Of a stretch of DNA of 64,000 nt, positions 22,266 through 34,962 are shown in pieces. Numbering within the stretch: position 1 is the stretch's first letter; every line of letters starts with the position of its first letter. Source of the DNA: Perkinsus chesapeaki ATCC PRA-425 (Eukaryota > Protista > Perkinsozoa). Under the pieces are notes generated by a model. That model was not told the DNA's origin, did not search any database, and worked only from the letters and a program-made list of their open reading frames with translations. The translations under genes and the position numbers were made by a program. The stretch lies in contig JAAPAO010000053.1 in assembly GCA_013115145.1 (NCBI GenBank), forward strand, positions 36,717 through 100,716, in the 5' to 3' direction.

Positions 22266-25200
22266 TTACGTTGTTGTAGTAATCGACAACAATGAGGACA
22301 ACAGGCTACAGGCGTTTCTTCTTAATCGACCTATTAGCAGCTCTCCGTTTCGGCCGGGATGCCTCCGCCACGGGGCGTTTGGCAGGCGTTGCCTTTTTGG
22401 TGGATTTCTTTGCCGCCTTGGTCGGTGAGGCCGGCTTCGGCTCCTCCGGTGTTTCCTTCTCAACCTGGTCGGTGATAATACAAGAAGCTGACAGCAAGGG
22501 CAGCCTACCGCTTCCATCACCTCTGGTGGATCCGCAACTGCCTCCTCCTCTTCGATCACAGGAGCGTTCCTTGCTGGGCTACTATTAGGCCCACCGTTCT
22601 TGTACAGTGTAAAGGCGACGTTCTGCCACTTGTCACGCTGAAAGAACACTCGATGTTGCCAGTACGTATCCCTTGTCTTTCCTATTCGAACAATTCTAGC
22701 ATAGCTCTTAAAACAAGCGGGCTCACACTACGCAGGTGGTGCTACGCTTTGCCACTTACCATTTGATTAGCCTCGGTCACTGACTGGTCACAGGCCGGAG
22801 AGGCGAAGACATCCTCAAGAAGACCATGGGTGAGGCAAGAGACCGGCGATTGCTGCCGTTCCCTTTCGATGTCCTCACCGAACACCTCAGCCAGCGACAC
22901 GGGCTTCACTGGCTCCACTTTACGCGACGGCATAGGGATGGTCTCGATGTCGTCCATTGGCGTGAGAACCCGCTGAAGAGCTTGGAACCGAGGCGCCACG
23001 AATCCAGGCGACTGTCGCATCATATCCACTCGGGACAACATCGTCAAACCGGATGGCGGCTGGAGGCTCAGCTGAGCAGTAGAAACCTGAGAAGACAAAA
23101 AGGGTTCAAAAAGTCCAGGCTCCTATCCACGGAACCATGTCGCCGAAAGGTTGCGAGATTGGCTCGAACCCTCGAAGATTATCATAATAGCAACTGGGAG
23201 CTCGAGAGTGTTTGCCAACTGTAAAGGGCATTTAAACACCTCGTGAAAGTTTTGAACTATTCATTTCTCCTGACAATTTTCTGACCACGACTTGATTATT
23301 CTTTTCGGAAGAATCTTTCGTACGCCTAGTATCGATGATATCTCCACTGAGGATATCATCGATTCGCTGAAGATTCTCCAGCATTGCCACGCCGCACGAG
23401 ATCCGCATGTTAAGTACGTTTCGAGATGTAGGCACTGAAGTCGTTAATACATCAGTTACTATATGCGAGAAATACAACTCCTTCGGAAGTATGCTACACA
23501 CGCTCAGGCACATTTAGGCGACTCACCTGTTTAATGATCTGCCCGCTAAAAACATCCCAAACCCTGACACCATCGGCGCCCACGCTCACCACACGGCTGC
23601 CGTCTATACCTGAAGAGACTCTCCGAAATTTTCACTTTTCTGTTCTTCGCTTACTGCATCCTAATCCGAGAATGCTGGATTCGTGGGATCCTGTGAGAAC
23701 GTGGATCTCTCTGGTTTGGACATCGATAACCTAAAAACCGATTAACACCATAACCTCATTGGAAGTAACGACAAGCTCCGATAAGAGCTCGCAATTCGCA
23801 GATGCGTCTGCACGGTGTTGCCAAAAAGTTGGAAGTGCCCTTTTACAGAAGCGACACGCAGTAGGCTATGAACCTAGCCAATCCCCAAGGTCCACTTGAT
23901 ATTCGAGCTCGGTGCTTTAGTCTTGTACGGTGGGTGCTCCAAGGCAAAATTCTGTATGTTGTCGAGTAACACTGTTAACCTTGGAGACGTTTCGCGGAGC
24001 TTTTTCACAATTATCTCAGACGAACTCTTGCTAGCCTCTCTTCAAGTGCTATCTCAATATGCGCCTTATATCAACAACATACTCCTTTATTGACTTGCGG
24101 ATGCACCCTATGACCTATCACCGAGTCTTCCCGTACGTGAGAAATTTCAACTATGACGAGTTTCGCGTCTCGATAAGGGAACGAAAGCAACAGCAATCTA
24201 CAACGAATGCACGAAGGCAGTTGACCGCAGCACAGAACAGTAATATTTCGCACGCTGAGATTCGACCGGCCCCTTACATGAACTCTGCCGTCATCACCAC
24301 CAGCATAGAGCGGCCCTCTGGGGCTCACAGCTATATGTTTGATAAGTGTTGGCAGATTAAATGTAGCGACTTGACGACCACTGCCACCGGGGGTGAACTC
24401 CCACACCTTCACGTTGCCATCTGCCGAACCGGACGCTATCAGAATCCTAACACAAATGAGTTCAGTGACCTAAATCTGGTTAAAACCCTGGTAGGAAATA
24501 TCCAAGATAAAGAATCAGGCAATGCGGCGCGAGGTAGTCTAATATTTCCGCCCACTCACTTAGCGGGCTCCGTGTAAGAATTCCTCCCTGTAGCTTCCTG
24601 TAGTATCTCTAGTGCGTATACTGGTAAAGTGTGCCCACGAAATACGCGAGCAGGGCTAGGCGCGCCGCCTGAAAAGGGAACTAGGGAAGAAGCGTGGTGA
24701 GGTACCCACCTCCACTGCCGCTGCCGGAGGTTAGCAGACTTGATAGTGTGAATACCTAACAACGAGCAAGTGACCCGAGTAGTAGTGGGGCGAATTATGT
24801 GATTCACTGGCAAATGTAAGATTGAAGATGGAAACAGGACGACCTGCCTACCAGGAGTACTATATCGAGTACAGTGAAGAAGGGATACTGGTGAGTGAAG
24901 AAAGTACAGCAGCGATAGAAGTTACGACAAGTTTGCTAATCAAAACTGATCATAGCAACCAAAATGGGATGTCGTACACCAAGTACAAGGCGGCCGCCGA
25001 GAAATCATTCCTATGTAGACAGCGCGCACAACGCCTTCAGTCGCACAGTAACCCACCTTGATAGTGGTATCCTGGCTAGCCGTTACAAGATAAGTGCTGT
25101 CGGCAGTTAAACGCATTTGAGTAACACTAGAGTAGTGGGCCTTCCACGTCCGAAGAAGACGACCGGTGCTCCTGAGGCAAATGGCTGATAGCCGCGCAAC

Positions 25201-25709
25201 AACAGCAGCAAGGCCGGCCTACACTTGCCACACATATATCGTCCCCGAAACACCGCCACCAATGAGCAATTGAGCCGGTCCAGGCGTGAATAATATACTG
25301 CTGAGCTTCTGAGGTGAGCAGAATTCACGATACAGCGAGATAAGAGAAGGTTACCTCGGGCGTGGAGCACTTATAGCACGGATTCGACGAGACCCCTCGA
25401 AGGCTGTCATCATCTCCATCCAAGCTGCCGCTGTCTACCATCTTCCAGTAGTGCAAAAGGCCCTTATTGCTTTGGGCTGCACAGATATACCCATCATCAG
25501 TGGGAACTACAGCGGCGGATAGAGAATCCTGCAAAAAGACAAATAACCAAGGTACAGGAAGGACCCCAAATCCACAAAGCCGGAAGACTTTCGAAGAGTG
25601 TCATGCCTACCTTCATTTGCCTGAGTATGGCCCCGGTATGGACATCAATAACGAATATACCGCTACCACTGCCTGTAGTGGGGACAAGTGCCACATCCAA
25701 CATACCCAT
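22266..25709 (-). CDS. WDR18: WD40 protein, WDR18/IPI3-like (Rix1 complex, 60S biogenesis), with a possible K/P-rich C-terminal tail
   Basis: IFVIDVHTGAILRQMK, YICAAQSNKGLLHYWK, FRGHTLPVYALEI, ASGSADGNVKVWEF, YAGGDDGRV and SVGADGVRVWDVFSGQ in WDR18 order; the 3' part below 22742 is less certain. Confidence 0.72.
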
Positions 25710-26072
25710 ATGACGACTGCTACTAGTGGGAGTTGGCATTGTGGGGACAAAGCTGCGAGCAAAACGGATTGTTGGCAAATGATTCCATGCCTCCTAATGC
25801 AGCCCACACTATAAATGCAAGCTTAACCAGAGTATGGTGTAGAGTACAAAAGCAACGAGGCAGCCCCTCGCCCCTCCAACGCGATCTACAACAGATTACT
25901 ATAATGAATGTAGCACTTTTATTACTGTATTTATTCTACGGAGCAAAACGTATCATACACAGTGGGCAATCTTATATTACGACATTCTGCTTTCGGGAGG
26001 TTAACAAAAGCCTTGATAGATATTGCATAGGAAAAGATGTGATAGAAACGTTAGTAGTTCGTACGTGGTAAA

Positions 26073-27273
26073 TTAGTCTCTCAGGAGCTGCGGAATGCTC
26101 GGCTGCCCATAACGCTCAACAACACCTACACAAGAAGACCGCCGTACAAAAAAGCATCGAACCTTCTGCACCCACTCGATTCGCCAAAGTGTCCTCCATT
26201 TCGAAATCGTCTTCATCATAATCAGGTTCGTCCCAGTGATTGTTAGCCGAGTCCCCAGCCACCAGCATAGCGGGCGGCAATAACGGTATGGAGCTGTCGT
26301 ATCTAGATAGGAAGGCGAAGCTGGCATAGATACACAGTAGGTCTTGATGCAGCATCATCCTTCTAGTAGGAGCTTTCTCGTATCTTCATTTATTCGTCGG
26401 CCCACCGAATTTAACGCTACACCCTCCACACACGTCGGTGACGGGAACCAGTGAAAAATCTCGAAATTCTGCTCAAGCAGAAACCCATAACTTGTGCAAA
26501 GAGTTGAAGGGGAAAGTGCTAAGTGTCCCAAAAGTCAATATCGTCTTACAGTTCATCCTCATCAATAGATGCCAGCCTTTGCCTTTTCGGAGATGGTTCC
26601 TCCAGCGATGAGCCTCGTCGGCTTCGAGGAACATCCGGCACATGCCTGGGATGGAAGGCTGGCGAAGGCCTGATAGAAACGTACGTGGGACACTGGACAC
26701 AAAGAGGTGTTTCTGCTGGACTCACGTGGCGAATTATTTTACTAGGAAAGATCACAACGATTTTCCGCCTACCGTTGGCGCCCATACTTTCTACTTACAT
26801 AACAGTGGCTCCCTTAGAAGGCTCATGGCTTTCCTTTGCAGATGTAGGCTCCTGTAGAAAGCATTCCAAACACCATAGGGCAAACTACCTTACCGTCATG
26901 TGTGGGGGAGGATGTAATGTATTGGCAAAACCGGCATTCCTGAGGCCTGGGGTTGCTATCCTTGACCGAGGGTTGTAGGTCAGCTCCTCATCGGTAGCGC
27001 TCGATGAATACCCACCTGAACATCATACAGCAACAACTTTGTACAATATAAGATACAGTCGAGTTGTTCGAAGCAACTAAACAAACTGAAAATACTCGGA
27101 CCATCGAGCCCCTTCCAGATGCTTATTAGTAGACAGTGCCACCACCAACTTTTCACAGCGCTACCTGCATTCCCACCACTTTTAGAACCCTGGGAGCCAA
27201 CAGATAAGTAGTATAATACAATCCCCTTTCCGTGGCCAAAGAGTATCGCTATCATCATGCAAACAGCAAACAA
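26073..27273 (-). CDS. Hypothetical multi-exon protein with an N-terminal hydrophobic segment
   Basis: Protein-like fragments (LFAVCMMIAILFG; PSPKRQRLASIDEDEL; HWDEPDYDEDDFEMED) separated by intron-like sequence; may partly belong to the RRN3 3' end. Confidence 0.3.
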
Positions 27274-27303
27274 CCAAGTGACGGCGCGAAACCCAAAGAG
27301 GCT

Positions 27304-30300
27304 TCAACAACTACTCCCTCTACCGAACTCACCATGCTCTATCTCTCCCGCCAAACTAATGACGGAGTCATCAGACTTCACTGAGGCATCATCATCATCG
27401 ATGTCGCTGGGCACAGGATCCTTCCACTCGAACGTCAATAGCTCCTCCGCAACCTTCTCCTTGGGCAGCAGACCCATCGCTCCGTCCGGCGTTATGTCCA
27501 CCACTCCTGCCCGAGCCAGCTCTTCATCAGGCTGAGGTACTTCCTCCCAGTCCCGATAGTTGTCCGTAATGTAATGCTGCGAGTAGCGTAGATTGTAAGG
27601 CTCGAAAGGATAAAACGGTTGAAGCCTCTGGGCTAGATTCACCGAGCCGAGAGCCAACGGCATCTTGCTTCGCCGCTGGGCCATCACTTTCCTTTCGAAC
27701 TCCTTCCAGTTCAGATTCTGGAAGTTAAACTCGCTACTGGCCCTACAAAAAACCTCCTCGCAATGGAAATGCTGCCAGCGATAGCTTACGGATCTGGACT
27801 CGGAGGAGTGCCATCTTCAGGTCGTCCCCGATTCATCGATGAATACTGATGGAGCAAGGCTTCCATGACGAGACGCCCCAAAGGCCTTGCGCATGGCACA
27901 GACGCCTAGATGGAGAATACATAATAAGGACAGCGCATCTTTGCTGCTTACGGCGGTGCCTGCTAGTTGCTGAAGGAGAATCGGCGAGACGAAATCCAAT
28001 AACCTTGGCTGAACCGATAGGGTGTACACCAGTGACTTATGCGACTCCATGTCAAACAGGGAGTTCAGGAACGCTGTATCTGTTGGCGGAAAATCTTCAC
28101 AGTGCGCAAGATACGCCTGGTCTCGGCTCACTCCCGTCCGATGCCCATTCTTGTAGCTTCCAACAAAGCATGTAGCATATCTAACAGCAACAGGTGGCTA
28201 CAAAGAGGCTGTCCAAGTGCCTTACACTTTGGATAACCACAACAATAAGAACGCAGGTGTCGAAGGAAAGGGGCTCCTCCTCTTGCTGGACGAACTCCAA
28301 CCTGACCGAGTGAAAAGATACATTCTTCCTGGCCTTCCATGGCGCATTTGACACAAGCTGGAACCGCTATCGAGAAGCATTATGCAGCCTACATGAACTT
28401 CAGTGTCTGTTGGCTGTATGGTTCCGGTAGGAAGGTTGCCCTACAGCAGAAGCTCCCCAAATACTCAGCGCACCTGATGAAATACAATTCCACAAACTAC
28501 AACGCCAAGCAGCAGCAAAAGCTTACAGCCTCCGTCTGAAGTCATCGCGCATGCCGTTCGGGTCGTCGATGTGTGGCCGTCTGTCCTCGGCTTTAAGGCT
28601 CACTGATTTGGTGCCGGTGGATGCAGCCGGAGATGCGCCCTCCTCCTCTTTTGCGGCCTCGCCGTTCTTGGTGGTCTCATCATCCTCTTCAGTGGTTTCA
28701 CCATAAAGCCTTTTGAGGAGGATGCAAATGAATGACTCGGCGTACTTGATATGAAGAGATGATACGTAGTACCTGCGACAGGCAATCATGTCATTGCCCT
28801 TATACAGTTGAAATAGCTATAGTATAGGCCATTGAAGCGGGGTATGCTACTATTGAAACTGCTTCATATATCTGTTCCGGATACGGTAAAGTCAGAAGAG
28901 CCAAATGATACAGTTATTTAAACAAGCCAGAATGAACGCGGAAAGGGGCTACAAGACGCGGCGTGTCGGTCGGTAAATTAACCATCGAAGCTCTAAGAGA
29001 CATCCGCGCCCAGGATCAAACACCTTCCCTATCCGAAGTAGTGAGACATCCGCGCCCAGGATCAAACACCTTCCCTATCCGAAGTAGTTGGCATGCCCGC
29101 TATTGCCCTCCATAATACTCACGCTAGATACTGGATATATCGTGTCCGATGTGTTCTCAACACAACGTCTTCAAAATGCCCAAAGACATACGATACCAAA
29201 CAGTTATCTTGTCCACTTGGTAGCTCTCCAGCTGCTGCATCGCCGTCTGTGATACTCAAGTTGTTATGGAAAAACCTGAATCATATCGATCAGTCGAGCG
29301 AGCGCTACTCACTAGCACCGACGACAATCGATGTAACAGGAAACACTTTCCGCCAAAATGACATTCTCACTGCTGGAGGGCCCCATGCAGGGAGGATGCC
29401 ATGGTGGACTGATACTGCCACCAGCCGAACATGCCTTTCTATACAACTCGACTCATTTTGGGGGGCCATAAACTCGACCGAATTCGGCAAGTGCTTTTCC
29501 TGGTCACCCGGATACACCCTAGCAATTGCTGTAAGTGGATTGTGTCCAGCGGCGGAAGAACATTTAAACCAAATTGAATATATTAAAGAATAAATGATTG
29601 AAATGATACCGCTTAATATATAATTGAGCCATTTTGAAAGGATTTAATACCATATAGAGCAGCGCTTACCGGAAACATTCGGTCATTAGAGCGTCCAAGC
29701 GCTGGGCCATAAGGTCTGTATCCTCCTCCGATCTAGCATTACCGGCCGCTGAAGGAAGCATCACTCAGAGGAGCAACAACGATCGGCTTACATTCTGTAA
29801 AGGCGGCATTGCCTTCAGCGTCAGTCTGGGTTTCAAGATCCATTTCACAAAGCCTTTCAAAGATCGCCGTAAGAATCTAAAAAGGGAGATTGTTGTCAAG
29901 GAAACTTAAAAACAGAAGAACCGTAGAAATGTGGGGTATGGTGAGGAGAATGCGATAGTATGATAACATAGGCGGCTGTCTACCAGGCATTTTTTGGTGA
30001 AGCCGATACATCCGCTGCACTAATAGCACGGAAAGGGTGAGTAAACTAAATCCGATAATACGTATAATAAGAACAAGCTTAATCCTCCTCATGGTCCGTA
30101 ACTCACCCTCTTGTGCGTCAAGTGTGGGCGTCTAACCTTCTTGCATAGCATAAAGCTAAAACGAGAGTACCTATAACAGACCACATGCCGCGTTATCACA
30201 CAACTCTGTCTCCTAGTCATCACTTCCTTCAGGAGCCACTCGCGGCGGCCCTCATACAGCGTTTTCGCGTTTGTTAGGCAAGTTAAGTATTAATGATAAA

Positions 30301-31367
30301 TATTCCACAGTATTACGCTCATAACTGCTCTCCCATTTATTTTTCGCTACCCTTTACTGTCTTCTTTACTAGCTGTACTATCTTTCTGGTATCCCCACCA
30401 CGGAGCCACTTACATTCGCAGTGTATCCAACGGTTTCATTCTGAACGGCATTTTCTTAGCAACCAGTTGCCCCATGTTAATCTCCACCCTAGGCACCGGG
30501 GAGCCGGCCACTTCGGCCATACAGTCAGTGATCAGCTCCAAAGCTTCTGTTGTGGGTAAGGGATACTGAAACCACGGAACCGGCTTCAATTTTGTGGCGC
30601 GTGACAGACCTACATGCTGGACACACTGGACGTAAGAAAAGTCTTCAGGCTTGTTGTCCGACTTCCACTGTACAAAGAATGATCGACAGTCATGGTCCTC
30701 TGAAATAATGTGTAATAGCCGTAGTAATTAGTCATGCTAAAAGCGATAGACATAGACATACATAACGGAACTGAGCATAAGGTGGCCGGCTTCGAGTAGA
30801 CGCAGGCAAAGTTCGTTGGTGGAGTTTTCACCAGCAATTGGTGCACATTGATCGAAGGTTCGCCTTTGCGTGTCTCACGTTTTGGGCTTCAAAGCCTCCA
30901 GCGTCCACGGTGTTGATGCCCAGTGATATTAATAAAGTCGAGCACGAAAAAGAGGAACCCTAGCAGAGTCAAGCGCAAGTGGCCGAAGATGGCTGGAAGC
31001 CTTTTAAAATGATGATCGGACAGCGAAACTTTGATGAGCGAACCAACTGATTTCAAAGTGGCAGCGATTAAAGTGCTGGGATTAGAGTAACGGCGGTGCC
31101 TTACAGAAATCAACCGCCTCACACTACATTCGTATACCGCCTCTATTACTCACCATTATTTGCCACAAATACTGTATTCACAGCATCCAGAACCTCCCTC
31201 AACTCCAGCGGTTCCCCCCTTGGCGCCTCCCCAAGGTGTTTAGTTATCTTCGTAGGATGGTACCGCAAAAGGTTCATCATTATATTTTGGTCATCATCAG
31301 TAAGCATCTCGTTAACATCGTACTCCTTCAACATTTGCCTGCACCTCGCCCGGACCTGACCACTCAA
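27304..31367 (-). CDS. RRN3: RNA polymerase I initiation factor RRN3, multi-exon
   Basis: LVAKKMPFRMKP, IKYAESFICILLKRL, RCAEYLGSFCCRATFLP and QPFYPFEPYNLRYSQHYITDNYRDWEE correspond to conserved RRN3 blocks. Confidence 0.8.
28997..29088. repeat. Perfect 46-nt direct tandem duplication inside the RRN3 locus
   Basis: GAGACATCCGCGCCCAGGATCAAACACCTTCCCTATCCGAAGTAGT at 28997 and 29043. Confidence 0.95.
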
Positions 31368-31618
31368 GACTCCCCAGCTCCACTAAGCACTGCGAGGCGC
31401 CCAGCAAAGAGACTGCACAAAACTGCAGAGCTTGGGCTAAGTCCGCTCAGCTACCGACATACCGCGCCACTTGGCATCGAAATTTCTCCGTCGATCTTGA
31501 CCTTGGAGGGAGCATTGCGAGGAGGAAGAATTCCAATGAAAGGCAATGCCCTCGAAACTTGTCGAGATCTTCACCCGCCTGGATCCCTAGCTCTCCAGCG
31601 CCAGGTAAGATACCAGGA

Positions 31619-32480
31619 CTAGCACTGGATCGCTATAGTTGCAATTTCTATGCCCAGATTAGCGACTTTGACTTTAAAGGGCGGTGATCCCGTAGCGAAC
31701 GTGTTCCAAAAGGCTACGGTGGAGGAGCCATCATTCATTACTTTGATGCTCACAATTATCAAGTTATGTGTTATACGGGAAACGCACGGCGAAGAGTATT
31801 CAAAAATACCGTCAAATATAATAGGAGCTAGAGGCGTTGTAAAAAACAGCAAAACTTAACCGATGGACCGTGTGGCAATCTATGCGACAATTTTCATTTG
31901 ACCCGAAGCTCCATGAGCCCATCCCCCTGTACTACAGCGGAAAGATCAGGGAAGGATGCCTTCCCAAGCTGCACTCGGACCTTCGCTGTCTTCTTAGCAC
32001 TTCCTTCTACTGTAGGATCCACCAGTAATATCACCTCGTTCACCAAGGCCGCTATTACCTGCCCAACACCTAGGAGCTTCACACTGTTATTTGACCTACA
32101 TCAGTAGCATGCTGAATCCCTATTGACGCCCCTGAAGTGAGCAGGTCCATCAGCAGCCGCCTGTTCCGAGCACCAATGGACTCCCTGGAGCACTCCTGGA
32201 AATATGACAAGCCCGGCGGCCTACGCTGGTGTGAGCCATGGGAATTCCTTTATAAGGGTACTAAGGACCTCCTTACTTCCCTTTTGTACGGCGGTTTTCA
32301 CCTTAGTGCTTGAAAGCACCTCGAGGCTAATAGTGGGCGGGTTGCATTTAACGCAGACAGTACCTTCTCCAGATCGAAAGCACTAGCCTTATCTGTAGCC
32401 AGAGCTTCAAAGATATCTTGAAGCTCAGATACAGCCAAAGCCGAGGTATCAGAAGATCTTCGACGACGTGCTGCCGCCAT
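31619..32480 (-). CDS. Small EF-hand/centrin-like protein (degenerate), multi-exon
   Basis: SELQDIFEAL and GKASFPDLSAVVQ resemble EF-hand helices of centrin/calmodulin-like proteins; loops are not canonical. Confidence 0.4.
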
Positions 32481-32534
32481 TGAAAGCTATTCATGATTCC
32501 AGATTTCCCAACTTAACTCGACGCTATCGCGATC

Positions 32535-34229
32535 TCATATAACGCCGCCGCCTTCGGCAGTAAGCAACTTTTGAACTTCCTGATCATATCTCTGATACTC
32601 CTCATCTGTCATTTGGTCTTGTAGGTCATCTCTCTCCCTCACCACTGACAGCTTATATTCAACTCCACCCACCGTGACCACGACATCCGGACTAGCCGCC
32701 GCTGGCTCCTCCTTCACCTCGGCCTTCATCACCCGCTGGGCCATCACCTCCTGAGCTCCAGGCAATCGAGTAACGTCGAAATGCTTCAGTTTTTCAGCCT
32801 CCCGAGCAAGCTCCTGTCTCTTGACCCTTTCAAAGGCCTCCTTATCGAACGTCTCTTCCACTGGCCGTTTCTTAGAGTTCGCGTCCTTGCTATGGTTCAC
32901 TATAGAATCCAGCTCTATCTTAGTAGTAGTGGTCTCCGCGTTCAGCCAACTAGGTGCCGCCACCGCCGCCTCGCCAAACGCCGAAGATTGGTTCGGAGAA
33001 GGCACATTGGCCTGTGGTTTCCACGCTCCAGCATTGCCGAATATCTCCTGCACGCCTGCACTGATGGGCGCCGAGCTATTTTTATTGTTCTCCATGGCGG
33101 CCTCCTCCTTCGCTCGCTCCGCCCTAATCTTTTCAAGCATCGTCTTTTTTACCACCATTGGTCGCGGAATGTACATACCCCTGAAGCAGAGAGTCATCTC
33201 GTCTCACAAAGACGTGCACTTCGGAGATCGAAAAGTGTTCCTAATGCGGAGGAGATCAAATTGAAGGTCCGCAGTCCCTCCCTAGAGCAGGAGACCGTCA
33301 TCCTTTTGCGGTATTTGATGTCCCTCTATAACACCCTGCCCAGCGTCCTCCACCACTCCACTACCTGCATAGCTCCAGCCGCCGCTCCAGACCAGACAGC
33401 TGCTGCGTTGCCCTTAGTATCTTGCTTTCAACTTCGGCCTTCTTATCCTTATTATTGGTAGCAGTAAGCTCCCTATCGCAGATATCGCAGTGGAACAGGC
33501 CGTCGGCTCCCACAAGAGAAATGGCTCGCAGCGTGTCGAACACTCGATTGCATTCTAGAGAAAGCTGACTGCACCCTGTCCCCCTCTGCTACTACTTTCA
33601 CAGTTGAACTCCTCCGCCATTTGCCATCGGGCCAGCTGCTCTTGCAGCTGCCTCCGTACTTGCTGTAGCCGGTATATAGAGGAGCACACCACATTGGGGG
33701 AAAGCCTGTACCAGTTCATGGAGCTCCCGGGCTTGGCGTGCCGAGAAGATTCGCCCTACAGCAAATGAAGTTAATATCTTTAAGAAGATAATCAATAGGA
33801 ACTCGTGCCATTTCTCGTGCCAATCTCGAAGTGCATCAGAGATCGCCTCACCTGAGGGTTCTCCATCTCTACAACATGGTCACGACACAGTGAGGCATCC
33901 AATGCCCCTCGTACTTGCTTAACAGCCAGCTTAAGGCCCTAAAGACGGCACATCTTGGAAGGCCGAGGCTGATAAGCGGATAAGTTACCTCGGCGATTTG
34001 TTGATCAGGAAAGGCCACGTTGTGGTTGTGCAAAAGGAACATAACAACCATATTTTCAACGTCGCCATAGAACATGCCGCACAAGCACTCTAACAGGAGG
34101 ACGCCATGAAAAGGAAGGGGCCGGCCGCCACCTACCGACGGCATCCTTGAACAGGGCTGGATTGAAGGGAGCGAAACCTGGTGGGGCTCTCAAGGACCCT
34201 GGCACTGATACGTAGTACTTGTCGGACAT
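32535..34229 (-). CDS. TFA1: General transcription factor TFIIE alpha subunit, multi-exon
   Basis: MFYGDVENMVVMFLL winged-helix start, zinc ribbon FDTLRAISL...FHCDICDREL, and C-terminal VVVTVGGVEYKLSVV...QDQMTDEEYQRY. Confidence 0.87.
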
Positions 34230-34962
34230 GCTCTGGCCAGGAAAGAGCGAAAAAGAAGAATCTTTTGAGTGGTTCTAAGCTCTGGTTCAAGCTACTAAGC
34301 ATCTTTTTGATAATAAAGCTCTAGTGTGACCTATGCGCAGTTTGATACGGTCGACCTATAATATGTGTTGTACATGCAACTATAGTTCGGTTCTGATGCT
34401 GTATATATTGAGCGCTGTTGGTTCACCAAGCAAGCTTTTTCGTATCTAGCAAGGTCAAGGTGAAGATCCCAATTAGCTGGAAATTATCTCAGCAGGTGTC
34501 GTAAGGTCCTGACAGCCAACTCTACCCATGAAGCCTTTTCATATTAGCCATCCTCCATCTACAGTCCCTCCCGTATTGGTTCTATACACTCAATCCAAGA
34601 AGTGGGGCGCAAATGACATGTACATGCGTGCAAATGCGCATCAAAATTTTTAAGTGCCGCGCTGTGCCGATGGAGCCTTCCTTTCCACAAGTCCACCGTC
34701 TTCCTGTGAAATATGGAGCCATGTCTCTGACCATTCCATCGGCTCTTTGGGGCATATCTCATATGATTAATAATTATTTTCGCACTTAGCCGTCAGTCTG
34801 GCTCTTATCGGTGTTTCTGGTACCGTGGTAGGCGGAAAAATCGGCAAGATTGGGCCTATTTGAAGCGAGAGTGAAGTACTGGGTATCTTGGGCGCTAGAA
34901 GCGACCTTGTATTGTTGTTCTAGGCTTGATCTTCTATCTGTTTGTATATGACTTATCCATCT

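Noticed and set aside
24059-24577. 172-aa plus-strand ORF
   Set aside because: Antisense to clear WD40 exons of WDR18, with no motif of its own
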